A stretch of 64,000 nucleotides of DNA from Candidatus Azobacteroides sp. GTDB taxonomy: Bacteria; Bacteroidota; Bacteroidia; Bacteroidales; WRGA01. The DNA lies in assembly GCA_021201815.1 (NCBI GenBank), contig JAJQEC010000090.1, forward strand, positions 107,370 to 171,369, in the 5' to 3' direction. Shown here piece after piece: positions 21,756 through 32,288 of this stretch. The notes under the pieces are model-generated. The model made no database searches. It saw only the letters and a list, made by a program, of their open reading frames with translations, and had not been told where the DNA came from. How positions within the stretch are numbered: the first letter of the stretch is position 1; the number at the start of each line of letters is the position of its first letter. A program made the position numbers and the translations under genes.

Positions 21756-23971
21756 TGAAAACCATGAAACGAAACTTAATTTTATTTTTTATTGTTGTAT
21801 TTGCTGTCATTCCGGCATATACTCAGAAGAGCAATATTATATACAAGCAAAAAGATGCTCCGGTCGAAGAGAGGATTAAGGATTTATTATCCAGGATGAC
21901 TTTGGAAGAAAAGATTTATCAGTTAAACCAGTATACCATCGGGGAAAATACCAATGTAAACAATATCGGAGAAGTCACGAAGTCCATTCCGTCTAAAATA
22001 GGTTCGCTGATATATTTCAGCGCAGATCCGGTCCGGAGGAATACCATTCAGAAAAAAGCCATGGAAGAATCCCGGCTGGGAATCCCGATACTTTTTGGTT
22101 TTGATATAATTCACGGTTTTCGTGTCGTTTATCCCATTCCTTTGGCACAGGCTTGCTCATGGAATCCCGAACTGGTAAAGTCCGCAGCGGAATTTGCCGC
22201 TAAAGAATCCAAATTATCGGGTGTGGACTGGACTTTTTCTCCCATGATAGATATCGGCCTTGATCCCCGCTGGGGGCGTGTTGCCGAAAGTTACGGGGAA
22301 GACCCGTATACCAATGCCGTATTTGGAGTTGCTACGGTGGAAGGATACCAGGGTACTGATTTATCATCCCCTTATTCTGTTGCGGCTTGTTTGAAGCATT
22401 ACGTTGCTTACGGTATGTCGGAGGGAGGAAGGGATTACCGTGCTTCAAACGTTTCGCAGCAGTCCTTGTGGGAAACATACCTTCCACCTTATCAAGCATG
22501 TATAGAGGCAGGTGCGGCAACAGTAATGAGCTCTTTTAATGATATAAGCGGCATTCCGGCTACCGCCAATCATTATATGCTGACTGAAATCCTAAAACAA
22601 AAATGGCAATACGACGGTTTTGTTGTGTCCGATTGGAATGCCGTTTCCCAGTTAATTCACCAGGGGGTTGCCAAAGACGGGAAAGAAGCTGCATTAAAGT
22701 CCATTATGGCAGGATTGGATATGGATATGAAAGATAACATTTTCCTTGAAAACCTGGCAGACCTGATAGAAGAAAAAAAAGTGCCGGTGGAAAGGATTGA
22801 TGACGCAGTTACACGTATATTGCGTGTCAAATTCCGCCTGGGACTGTTTGATAATCCCTATACTAACATAGTAGATGAAAAAGACCGCTATCTTAAAAAC
22901 GAAGACATCCTGCTGGCACAAAAGCTCGCCGAAGAGTCGATGGTACTGCTAAAAAATAAAGAAAATACCCTTCCGCTTCCTTCTCCGGTAAAAGAAATAG
23001 CAGTGGTAGGACCCATGGCTAAAGACAAGTCAAATATGTTGGGTTCCTGGTCTTACCATGGAAAAGAAGAAGAGGTGGAATCAATCTACGAAGGTCTTGA
23101 AAAAGAGTTCGGGAAAAATGTCCGGTTGAATTATGCGAAAGGATGTGATTTCGATGGTACGGACGAATCGTTGTTTGCGGAGGCAGTTCATATTGCCCAA
23201 CACTCGGAAGCGGTGATTATCTGCCTGGGTGAATTGAAAACATGGAGTGGTGAAAATGCCTCCCGGTCAACTATATCGCTGCCTGTAATTCAGGAAAAGT
23301 TAGTTTCCGAATTGAAAAAAACAGGAAAACCGCTCATCCTTATTCTATCGAACGGTCGTCCGTTGGAGTTGGCCCGCCTGGAACCACTGGCGGATGCAAT
23401 AGTAGAAATATGGCAGCCGGGAATAGCCGGAGGAACACCGTTGGCGGGCATTTTATCGGGAAGGATAAACCCGTCGGGAAGACTGGCCATCACTTTTCCT
23501 TATACCACAGGGCAGATTCCTATGTATTACAACATGCGCCCTTCCTCCCGTCCTTTCCGTGAAATGGGTAATTATCAGGACATCCCCAACGACCCTTTGT
23601 ACTGGCTTGGATATGGGTTAAGCTATACCGATTATGAATATGGAAAAGCAACCCTTTCCTCTGAAAAAATTTCAAAAGACCAGAAACTTAAAGTGGAAGT
23701 GGCGGTCACCAATACAGGGGATAGGAAAGGTTCGGAAACTGTTTTCTGGTATATTAACGACCCTGTTTCCACTATTTCAAGGCCGGTAAAAGAATTAAAG
23801 CATTTTGAGAAAAAAGAACTTAACCCCGGTGAAAAGAAAGTCTTTGTTTTTGAGATTGACCCACACAAAGATTTAAGTTATGTGGACAGCAATGGAGACC
23901 GTTTCCTGGAAGCCGGTGATTATTATGTGATGGTGAATGACCAGAAATTGAAATTCGAACTTACTGAATAA
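21752..23971 (+). CDS. bglX: Glycoside hydrolase family 3 beta-glucosidase (BglX-like)
   Basis: SRLGIP, DPRWGR, CLKHY, VVSDW, SGENASR motifs and C-terminal FN3-like domain. Confidence 0.9.
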   Translation: MMKTMKRNLILFFIVVFAVIPAYTQKSNIIYKQKDAPVEERIKDLLSRMTLEEKIYQLNQYTIGENTNVNNIGEVTKSIPSKIGSLIYFSADPVRRNTIQKKAMEESRLGIPILFGFDIIHGFRVVYPIPLAQACSWNPELVKSAAEFAAKESKLSGVDWTFSPMIDIGLDPRWGRVAESYGEDPYTNAVFGVATVEGYQGTDLSSPYSVAACLKHYVAYGMSEGGRDYRASNVSQQSLWETYLPPYQACIEAGAATVMSSFNDISGIPATANHYMLTEILKQKWQYDGFVVSDWNAVSQLIHQGVAKDGKEAALKSIMAGLDMDMKDNIFLENLADLIEEKKVPVERIDDAVTRILRVKFRLGLFDNPYTNIVDEKDRYLKNEDILLAQKLAEESMVLLKNKENTLPLPSPVKEIAVVGPMAKDKSNMLGSWSYHGKEEEVESIYEGLEKEFGKNVRLNYAKGCDFDGTDESLFAEAVHIAQHSEAVIICLGELKTWSGENASRSTISLPVIQEKLVSELKKTGKPLILILSNGRPLELARLEPLADAIVEIWQPGIAGGTPLAGILSGRINPSGRLAITFPYTTGQIPMYYNMRPSSRPFREMGNYQDIPNDPLYWLGYGLSYTDYEYGKATLSSEKISKDQKLKVEVAVTNTGDRKGSETVFWYINDPVSTISRPVKELKHFEKKELNPGEKKVFVFEIDPHKDLSYVDSNGDRFLEAGDYYVMVNDQKLKFELTE

Positions 23972-23995
23972 CGTAAATCATTCTTTCAAAAATAA

Positions 23996-25153
23996 ATGCT
24001 GATACAGATGAAAAAAATCACACCTATATTCCTCTTTTGTTTTCTGGCTTTCCTTGTTCCTGTTAACGCGGAAAACACCCCGGACGGCATACGTCCGCTT
24101 ATGGATGGCTACATAGCGCAGAACGCGCTGCCCGGGGTGGTGTATATTATAGCTGACAAAGAGAAGATTCTTGAAATAGAATGTCTCGGATATCATGATA
24201 TTGCCAACAAAAGGAGCATGGCTCCTGACGTTTTGTTCTGGATTGCATCGCAAAGTAAACCGGTTGCGGGAGTTGCCGTTATGATGCTTGTTGAAGAAGG
24301 AAAACTGGATTTGGATGAATCGGTAACCACGTACCTGCCCGAACTGGATAAGGTCATGGTTAGCCGTATAAAAAAGGATAGTATCCAGGTATTGGAAAAA
24401 CCAACGCGCCCCGTCACGTTACGTCATTTACTGTCGCACACAAGCGGAATGACATTTTTGGGAGGAGTACAGGCACAAACCGGTAAAATAGATATGCTGT
24501 CATTAAGCAATAGCGTATATGTTTCGGCAATCACGCCGCTTTCTTTCGAGCCGGGCGAAGGGGAATTATATTCCAATCAGGGAATTAATCTTGCCGCCGC
24601 CATAGTAGAGCGGGTATCGGGCTTGAAATATGAAGCGTTTTTGCAAAAGAGGCTTTTCGACCCTTTGGAAATGAAAAGCGCCACATTCTTTCCCGACAAA
24701 CGACAACTGTCAAAATTTGCTATCCCATACAGCATGAAAAAGAATGGAATGGAGGAAATTCAAATACATCACCTGCAATATCCGTTGGACGACAGGGATA
24801 AAAGATACGCGGAAGCGGGAGGTGGAATCTTTTGTACTCCCGAAGACCTCCTGAAGTTTTATCAGATGATAGCTTCGGGCGGCTTTTATAAAGGAAAAAG
24901 ATACTTAACCGCATACTCTGTGAAAGTGTTGGGCGAACAGCAGGAAATGGCGAACGGTAGGAAAGTCAACGGATTGGGATGGAATGCGAATGACCTGTTT
25001 ATGGGACATGGAGGTGCTTACGGAACAAATACTAAAATCTACAAAAAAGAAGGATTAATCGTCATGTATTTTGTTATGGGTGATCTGCCTGAACAAAAAA
25101 AGATTTTCGGAGAATTTGAAAAGTTAGTCCGTGAAAAGTATAACATAAAATAA
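23996..25153 (+). CDS. Serine hydrolase, beta-lactamase/PBP-like fold (probable esterase)
   Basis: IASQSK (SxxK), LLSHTSG, YSN, GHGGAYG; signal peptide. Confidence 0.85.
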   Translation: MLIQMKKITPIFLFCFLAFLVPVNAENTPDGIRPLMDGYIAQNALPGVVYIIADKEKILEIECLGYHDIANKRSMAPDVLFWIASQSKPVAGVAVMMLVEEGKLDLDESVTTYLPELDKVMVSRIKKDSIQVLEKPTRPVTLRHLLSHTSGMTFLGGVQAQTGKIDMLSLSNSVYVSAITPLSFEPGEGELYSNQGINLAAAIVERVSGLKYEAFLQKRLFDPLEMKSATFFPDKRQLSKFAIPYSMKKNGMEEIQIHHLQYPLDDRDKRYAEAGGGIFCTPEDLLKFYQMIASGGFYKGKRYLTAYSVKVLGEQQEMANGRKVNGLGWNANDLFMGHGGAYGTNTKIYKKEGLIVMYFVMGDLPEQKKIFGEFEKLVREKYNIK

Positions 25154-25237
25154 GGTCAATGAGTTACAGCGTTCGGATAAAAAACAGCTATTGGCAAATG
25201 AATTAACAACATATTATAAAATCTATCCATTACTTAT

Positions 25238-27226
25238 ATGAAACCCCTGATATTACTTATTGCCTCTTTAACTTCTATCTGTGTGTATGCCCAAATTCCC
25301 GTAACGGGAGTACATTTTGATACCGGATCAGCCGTATTACCGGTAAAGAACACATTGCAGCTGGCACCTGTTATTACGCCAGCGGATGCGACCAATCAAA
25401 AGCTTACTTATACGTCAGATAAACCGGGCGTTGCCACCGTGAATTCTTCGGGATTAATCACCGGAGTTGCAGTCGGTGAAGCCACCATCACAGTAAAAAC
25501 GGAAGACGGAGGATACGAAGCAGCCTTTACAATCAACCTTTACACAGAAAACCTGACCCTATCCGGCATCATTTCGTCGGGTATGGTAGTGCAGCAAAAT
25601 ACTCATGCTAATTTCTGGGGGTGGGGACCTCCCAACGAACAGGTTTCTGTTACTGCCAGTTGGGGAGAAACCGCCGAAACCACTACCGACAACAAGGGAA
25701 GATGGGCTATTTCCCTTCAAACTCCCAACGCTGTAAAAGGGGACGACCAGACAAAACACACGCTGACCTTTACGGGTAAAGATGATAGCGTTACCTGTAA
25801 TGATATATTTATCGGAGATGTGTACCTCTGTGCAGGGCAATCGAATATGGCGTATGTGATGAAACCTACAAATACAACCGACGGAGTACCGGACTACGAA
25901 TCAGAAAAAATAGCAGCCAATTATCCGAATATCAGGTTTAACACAAGGTCGGCGTACAACCTCAGCTATGTTCCTTGTGACAATAATTCCAGCGTATGGT
26001 ATCCCTGCATTCCTTCGACAATAGGCAATAGTTCTGCTGTCGCTTATTATTTTGCAAAGGAGTTATATAATAATCCGGAGATAAATATTCCTATAGGATT
26101 AATAATCACGGCTATTGGCGGAGCTTCCTGCCAATCGTTCATAAGCCGCGAGGGAATGCTTGCCGACCCGGAAGTTAAAAGGATGGTGCTCGATCCGTTC
26201 GACCGGAAGCCTGACTTAGAGGTTGCCACTGCTTCTACCATATTATTCAACGGAGTAATAGCACCCATTGTTCCTTTTTCATTGAAAGGGTTTCTCTGGT
26301 ACCAGGGAGAGGCAAACAATAGGGTTGCGACGTATTCAAACATATATGCGAAACTGAATACAGCTTTAATAAATGATTGGAGAAGGCTATGGGGAAAGGA
26401 CGATCTGCCATTCCTATACGTTCAGTTACCTGCGTATAACGGTTTCACGGCCGGGTTCAGGGATCAGCAAACCGAACTTCTTACGTTGCCGGATACAGGA
26501 ATGGCTGTAACATTGGATCTGGCAGATGAAGACAAAACAAATATTCATCCCCGGAATAAGAAAGACGTCGGGATACGTTTAGCCAGGATAGCCGAAGCCA
26601 GAATATATGGTCAGGACATCACATACGCAGGACCGGTTTTAAAGTCTATGACCATTGAAGGCAGTAAAATCCGCATCTCTTTCCATCCGGCAAGTGTAGG
26701 TTCGGGATTAGCAAGCCGGGATGGCCTGCCTCTTACTGATTTCCGGATAATAGGAAGCGATAATGGGTTTTATCCGGCGGATGCCGAAATCGATGGCGAT
26801 GATGTGCTGGTTTCATCCGTACGGGTAACATCGCCTGCAAATGTTGCATTTGCTTATGAGAATGCTCCTGTTCCTAATTTGATGAATAAGGAAGGGTTAA
26901 CTGCTTGTCCGTTCAGGACAGATACGTGGAATTATAATGTAATCATTGAACCCGTATCTACCGGTATGGTCCGGATGAAAAAAACGGACAATATACATGT
27001 CTTTCCAATACCGGCAAAAGAGGTGCTTAATATAGTATTCCCCGAACCCATGGATAATGTCTGGCTGGAAGTGTTCGACGTATCGGGTAAATTATTTTAT
27101 AAAGCAAATCCGGGCAGCCATATTGTACAGGAACAGGTGAATGTAAGCAGGCTGCCTGAAGGCGTATACATTCTTAAAATTCATTCCCGGAATACAAGTA
27201 TTTCAAAAAAACTGATTATCCAATAG
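25238..27226 (+). CDS. SASA-family O-acetylesterase with Ig-like (Big_2) domain and T9SS C-terminal domain
   Basis: GQSNM, WYQGE, IHPRNK, PFRTD; N-terminal PADATNQKLTYTSD...KTEDGG; C-terminal VFPIPA...GVYILKI. Confidence 0.88.
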   Translation: MKPLILLIASLTSICVYAQIPVTGVHFDTGSAVLPVKNTLQLAPVITPADATNQKLTYTSDKPGVATVNSSGLITGVAVGEATITVKTEDGGYEAAFTINLYTENLTLSGIISSGMVVQQNTHANFWGWGPPNEQVSVTASWGETAETTTDNKGRWAISLQTPNAVKGDDQTKHTLTFTGKDDSVTCNDIFIGDVYLCAGQSNMAYVMKPTNTTDGVPDYESEKIAANYPNIRFNTRSAYNLSYVPCDNNSSVWYPCIPSTIGNSSAVAYYFAKELYNNPEINIPIGLIITAIGGASCQSFISREGMLADPEVKRMVLDPFDRKPDLEVATASTILFNGVIAPIVPFSLKGFLWYQGEANNRVATYSNIYAKLNTALINDWRRLWGKDDLPFLYVQLPAYNGFTAGFRDQQTELLTLPDTGMAVTLDLADEDKTNIHPRNKKDVGIRLARIAEARIYGQDITYAGPVLKSMTIEGSKIRISFHPASVGSGLASRDGLPLTDFRIIGSDNGFYPADAEIDGDDVLVSSVRVTSPANVAFAYENAPVPNLMNKEGLTACPFRTDTWNYNVIIEPVSTGMVRMKKTDNIHVFPIPAKEVLNIVFPEPMDNVWLEVFDVSGKLFYKANPGSHIVQEQVNVSRLPEGVYILKIHSRNTSISKKLIIQ

Positions 27227-27235
27227 AAAGTATCC

Positions 27236-29203
27236 ATGATTAAAATGATGAATAATTTAAACGTTTCCTTTCTTATCCTGCTTTTTTCTGTTATGGCAGG
27301 ATACAATTGCCGGGTCCGGGCAGATGTAAAAACGGCACGAATCTTCGGCTCGGATATGGTCATGCAGGAAGGCATTGAAAATCCGGTGTGGGGTTGGGCA
27401 GAAAAAAAGGAAACCATTACTGTTTCTCTGGCAGGAAAAACCGTAAAAACGAAAGCAGACAGTGACGGAAAGTGGATGGTAAAATTACCTTCGATGGATT
27501 ACGGTGGGCCCTATTCCATGACAATAAAAGGGAAAAAAGATATCATTGAGTTTACAAACGTAATGGTCGGAGAAGTATGGTTTTGTTCCGGCCAGTCGAA
27601 TATGGAATTTCCTGTAAACCGTGTTATTAATGCAAATGAAGAGATGGCAAATGCTGATTATCCGGATATCAGGCTGTTTACTGTTCCCAAAAAAATTGCT
27701 CAGTATCCGTTGAGTGATTTGCAGAAAGGTGAATGGACAGTCTGTTCTCCACAGACCATACCAAATTTTTCAGCAGTCGGTTATTTTTTCGGCAGGGAAA
27801 TTCAGCAGGAAATGAATGTTGCCGTAGGTCTGATACACTCCTCCTGGGGAGGAACGAATGCCGAAGCATGGACAAGTCCGGCAACCATTGAAAAGAATGC
27901 GGACCTGAGCGGAAAACTGGAGGAATTGCAAAAAATAGATTTTGCCAATTATGGAAAAACTGAAAAAGAAAAGATAAAAAAGAAACTGGGAGCATTTCCT
28001 ACCGGATACGATGGATTGAAGAGAGGGTATAACCAATGGAATTTCGACGACTCGGCATGGAAAACGGTATATGCTCCCCGGTTCTGGGAAGAACAGGGGT
28101 ACGAAAATATGGACGGGGTTGCCTGGTATAGGAAAGCATTTGAACTGACGGAAGAACAGGCTTCCCAAGAATTAACCCTGTACCTGGCAAAAATCGATGA
28201 CAAAGACATTTGTTGGGTGAATGGTGTGGAAGTGGGCACTACCACTATGAGAAGTCTGGACAGGATTTATAAAGTGCCTCCGACAGCACTCAGGGCAGGT
28301 AAAAACATAATAGCAATCAGAATAACGGATGAAAGAGATAATGGTGGGATATATGGAAATCCCGAAGATGTATTCGCAAAATCAGGAAAGTCGAAAATCA
28401 ATTTATCCGGTGAGTGGAAAATCAAATTTACACAAGTAAAAGGACCCCTGTTTGAAATTCGTCCGAATGATTATCCTACGCAGCTGTTCAATGCAATGGT
28501 ACATCCGGTTTTGCCTTATGGCATCAAAGGTATCATATGGTATCAGGGGGAAGCAAACGTTCCCAGGGCAAAACAGTACCGGGAGGTATTTTCGAATATG
28601 ATTATTGACTGGAGGAACCATTGGGGAAAAGATGATTTACCTTTCTTATGGGTACAATTGGCCAACTATTTGAAACCTGCCGAACAACCCAGGGAAAGCG
28701 ATTGGGCCGAACTGCGCGAAGCTCAGGCTATGGCGTTAAAGTTACCCTATACGGGAATGGCTTCTGCCATAGATATAGGCGAAGCAGAGGATATTCATCC
28801 CGGGAACAAACAGGACGTAGGAAAACGTCTGGCTCTGAACGCCTTGAAAATCGCTTATAATCACGATGTTGTTTGTTCAGGCCCTACCTATAAAAGCATG
28901 CGGATAGAAGGGCAAAAAGTATACATCTCCTTCGATAATATTCCTAACGGATGGAAAGTAAATAATAAATACGGATATGTAAATGGATTTTCTGTTGCCG
29001 GGGACGATAAAAAGTTCTATTGGGCAAAAGCTGAGGTACTATCCGACAATACCATTGTTTTATATTCCGGGAAAGTGCTTCATCCGGTCGCGGTAAGATA
29101 TGCCTGGTCCAATAATCCGGGAGACCTTAACCTATATAATAAAGAAAATCTCCCTGCAAATCCGTTCAGAACAGATAGCTGGGAAAATAATCCGAAAAAG
29201 TAA
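27236..29203 (+). CDS. SASA-family O-acetylesterase with inserted sugar-binding domain
   Basis: GQSNME, WGGT, WYRK insert, WYQGEAN, IHPGNKQDVG, VRYAW, PFRTD. Confidence 0.9.
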   Translation: MIKMMNNLNVSFLILLFSVMAGYNCRVRADVKTARIFGSDMVMQEGIENPVWGWAEKKETITVSLAGKTVKTKADSDGKWMVKLPSMDYGGPYSMTIKGKKDIIEFTNVMVGEVWFCSGQSNMEFPVNRVINANEEMANADYPDIRLFTVPKKIAQYPLSDLQKGEWTVCSPQTIPNFSAVGYFFGREIQQEMNVAVGLIHSSWGGTNAEAWTSPATIEKNADLSGKLEELQKIDFANYGKTEKEKIKKKLGAFPTGYDGLKRGYNQWNFDDSAWKTVYAPRFWEEQGYENMDGVAWYRKAFELTEEQASQELTLYLAKIDDKDICWVNGVEVGTTTMRSLDRIYKVPPTALRAGKNIIAIRITDERDNGGIYGNPEDVFAKSGKSKINLSGEWKIKFTQVKGPLFEIRPNDYPTQLFNAMVHPVLPYGIKGIIWYQGEANVPRAKQYREVFSNMIIDWRNHWGKDDLPFLWVQLANYLKPAEQPRESDWAELREAQAMALKLPYTGMASAIDIGEAEDIHPGNKQDVGKRLALNALKIAYNHDVVCSGPTYKSMRIEGQKVYISFDNIPNGWKVNNKYGYVNGFSVAGDDKKFYWAKAEVLSDNTIVLYSGKVLHPVAVRYAWSNNPGDLNLYNKENLPANPFRTDSWENNPKK

Positions 29204-29244
29204 TCGCCTGCTGAAGAATTCTTACACCCTATAATGAATACGGC

Positions 29245-29668
29245 ATGCATAATACTGATATTACAGGTACAGTGCATTTCAAAGCGACCATTCAGAACTA
29301 TTTGGAGCAAAAAGCCCAGCCTGATGAATTGTTTGCATCCTCATACGCTAAAGAGAACAAGAATATTGAGGAGTGTGTAACCTATCTTCTTAATTTCGTT
29401 CAGAAAAGCGGTATAAACGGTTTTACAGCAGATGATATTTAATCAATGGCGCTACACTATTACGATGAAGACAACATCAGTATAGAAAACCCTGAAAAAT
29501 GTTAAGTAATAGTAAACCATACTATGGTCTTGTCCGAAGAAGAAAAAGCAGAAGCAAGGCGATAAGGAATTCAGAAAATACAGGATGAAACCTATTCCAA
29601 GATGAAACAATTCAGAAAGAAAGCAAACAAGAGTATAATTAATTCACCTTCCTTATTTGATTTTTGCT
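29245..29668 (+). pseudogene. PcfK-like protein of Bacteroidales conjugative elements, several TAA stops
   Basis: HFKATIQNYLEQKA..DELFASSYAKENKNIEECVTY..VQKSG.NGF..DI*SMALHYYDED..C*VIVNH..PSLFDF. Confidence 0.8.
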
Positions 29669-29712
29669 ATGAAAGCGCAACATAAATTCCAAAAGGCAGT
29701 TTTAATCTATGC
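29669..29712 (+). pseudogene. Possible truncated 5' stub of a PcfJ-like gene
   Basis: MKAQHKFQKAVL begins directly after the pcfK-like end, matching the usual pcfK-pcfJ order; very short. Confidence 0.4.
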
Positions 29713-30267
29713 CTTTACCTTTTTTAAGGGTACCCTATCTGTCGGATTTAAGGGGTCAGTTTCAATCGGGAAAACTGGACTGTTTATATCGGATTCAGGA
29801 GGCTATCTCCAGTAGGATTTTCCACATAATAACATAGTATGATACCTGTATTGGATATCACACAGTTACTCACGAGTTTTGACCGGGAAAATTTAAAGTA
29901 GCAAATAATGGGTAACTTCAAGTAAATCTCCTAATAAACACTGCACTAAAATTGGTTACCTGATCGGTACAGGCAATCTTTTGAAGATTTGGATTTAAAT
30001 TTTTAAATAGTAGATTTGTAAAAAAATTAATATCCACGTAAGTTCAATATAATTAAACAATTTAGCCTCCGTACGGCTATCAAATAAATAAGCAATTTTT
30101 CATGAAACAATTACTTACTTTTTGGTTAACATTCTTACTTTCTATTCCAGCTTTGAGTCAAGACAAAAACATGCCTCAGAGAGTAAAAAGCCCATAAAAC
30201 GAAGTCAATTTAGTAAAAGAATCAAAAATAAAACATTATTATAAATCTTATATAATATTTAAATTCA

Positions 30268-31374
30268 ATGAAAAAGTTATTTATCACTTTTGTTATCTGC
30301 CTGGGGTGTGCCAGTTTCAGCGAAATAAATGCAGTCAATTTTTCAGAAGCAAAGACCCAACAAGGTTCCGCCAGATCCATCGGCGATGGCTATTCAAAAG
30401 ATTCACGAAAAGTGTATTTCAGGCAAAAAGAGGTAAAATATGCCGACCCCAGTTCGTTTCGTAATTTAGGAAGTGGGTATGCTAAAGATAATTTTGCAGT
30501 ATTTTACAATGGTGTCAAAATACCGGGTGCTTCGGTAAGTTCTTTCCGTCCGACACAAGATGGGTATGCAAAAGATAACATGAGAACGTATTACAGAGGT
30601 AAAGACGCAAGCAAGATGGGGACGATTACAGAAGATGATTACCCACAAATTTCACCTGAAGGTTATTGCCTGCATGAGTCTAAAGTATATTATAATGCGG
30701 TAGAAATGGAAGAAGCTGATTTCGATTCATTTTTAGACAGAAGTGCCGAATATGCCAAGGATGCAAAAAACGTATATTACAAAGGGAAAGTATTACCCGG
30801 AGCTGAAACCGATTCATTCGAATGCTTCTATGATGGCTATGCTAAAGATGACAAAAACGTATATTACAATGGGGAAAAGATAGCTAGTGGCTTATCAGAT
30901 TCTTTTGATTGCCTCACTCATGGGTATGCTAGGGATGCTGAAAGGGTATATTACAATGGAAAAGAAATAAGAGGTGCCGTTCCATATTCATTTGAAACTA
31001 CTAAGGACGGTCATGCAAAAGATTCAAAACAAGAATATCAGAATGGAGAACCGGTAGCGGGTTCCACTGGTTCGTTTACAGATTTGGGTGATGGATATAC
31101 AAAGGACGATTATAAAGTATTTTATAATGGAAAAGAGATAGAAGACGCTATGAAAAATTCCTTTGTAAACTTAGGTGAGGGTTATGCAAAAGACGCTATG
31201 AGTGCATATTACAAAGGCGTAGAAATTGAAGATGCATCTCCTTCCACATTTGAAAATGTAGGGAAGGGATATGCAAAAGACAACCAAAATCGCTATTACA
31301 TGGGTAAAAAAGAAGAAGGAAAAGAAGGAAAAGAAGAAAAAATAAATAAAGTACGCAATAAATTAAAACTATAA
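30268..31374 (+). CDS. DKNYY-family repeat protein, secreted
   Basis: Signal peptide and many GYAKDxxxVYYxGxxIxxAxxxSF repeats. Confidence 0.88.
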   Translation: MKKLFITFVICLGCASFSEINAVNFSEAKTQQGSARSIGDGYSKDSRKVYFRQKEVKYADPSSFRNLGSGYAKDNFAVFYNGVKIPGASVSSFRPTQDGYAKDNMRTYYRGKDASKMGTITEDDYPQISPEGYCLHESKVYYNAVEMEEADFDSFLDRSAEYAKDAKNVYYKGKVLPGAETDSFECFYDGYAKDDKNVYYNGEKIASGLSDSFDCLTHGYARDAERVYYNGKEIRGAVPYSFETTKDGHAKDSKQEYQNGEPVAGSTGSFTDLGDGYTKDDYKVFYNGKEIEDAMKNSFVNLGEGYAKDAMSAYYKGVEIEDASPSTFENVGKGYAKDNQNRYYMGKKEEGKEGKEEKINKVRNKLKL

Positions 31375-31559
31375 TTAAACCTTTGCCAGTAAAAAGGCTT
31401 ATTCGGTAAATGATATAAAATCACATAAAAATTTACCCTTCATGTGTAAAAGTCAAGGCTTGATCTGATAGTCGGACAAAATTATCAGATTTGTATATTT
31501 GTGTTTTCCAAGCCATAATTTTTTGGAATAGGAAGATATTAGAGGGGGATTCTCGTCCC

Positions 31560-31791
31560 CCTTTACCATTGCAGCCAGTTAGATCTTACAAATACCTGAT
31601 ATATCATAATCATCCTTAATGAATTATGCCATACATTTACAGGCAATTTCATATTTGTGGAACAGTTCTTAGTAAACATATCCCTGCAATTTGACCTTTC
31701 ATAGTAATTCGTACAATAATAAGTGCTTCTCCATTTTTCAATAATCTCGTTTTTTGATGAAGAACATCCCTCTAAAAGTTTCCCGTTTCAT
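31560..31791 (-). pseudogene. 5' relic of a Bacteroidales tyrosine integrase (arm-binding domain), frameshifted
   Basis: Minus strand from ATG 31791: MKRETFRGMFFI then shifted frame TRLLKNGEALIIVRITMKGQIA. Confidence 0.65.
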
Positions 31792-32037
31792 AAGTTTTTC
31801 TTTTGAATTAAGTGTTTGTAAAAGTATTCCTGACTTATGAAATCTCAAATAGCAAAAATGTGAAGATCAATGAATTACAAGTAGTGTCGTAGGACATTTT
31901 TCGGACTAAAAAAAAAGTCCCACGAATAGCACCACTTTAGTTGCCGTATTTTGCCTGTTTTTTGGGAGGTAATGATAAAAAAAATCCCTGAAAACACTTC
32001 ATTTTCAGGGAAATTCTCAAATTTAGTCTTTATAGCT

Positions 32038-32080
32038 GCTCTTCCTCTTAGACTTGAACCAAGGACCCTCTGATTAACAG
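32038..32080 (-). repeat. att site: duplicated 3' part of tRNA-Asn
   Basis: gctcttcctcttagacttgaaccaaggaccctctgattaacag matches 51786-51828 with 2 mismatches in 43 bp. Confidence 0.93.
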
Positions 32081-32215
32081 ACATAACCTCAGTATTTTCA
32101 AAGATTAGCATAACCTTTCATTTATCTTCCAAACATTTGTATTACAACGATTTACTCGTAAATACATAAAGGTTTATTAACATCTCAAAATCATATATTT
32201 TCAACGAATAGATAG

Positions 32216-32238
32216 TTTTGTGTGCAAATTGTGTGCAA
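32216..32238 (+). repeat. Putative integrase arm-type site (tandem TGTGTGCAA)
   Basis: ttttgtgtgcaaattgtgtgcaa, repeated with one mismatch at 51715-51737. Confidence 0.7.
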
Positions 32239-32288
32239 GTAAAACTATCGATATTTTCGTGTAAAACAGATAAGTGAATTGTTCAATT

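Noticed and set aside
23996-25153. Antibiotic-resistance beta-lactamase
   Set aside because: SxxK/YSN fold is shared with esterases; no class A or C hallmarks; PUL context
32038-32080. Second functional tRNA-Asn
   Set aside because: Only the 3' part is present; no D-arm or 5' acceptor strand
31875-32111. 78-aa minus-strand ORF
   Set aside because: Translation of the att/tRNA fragment and terminator
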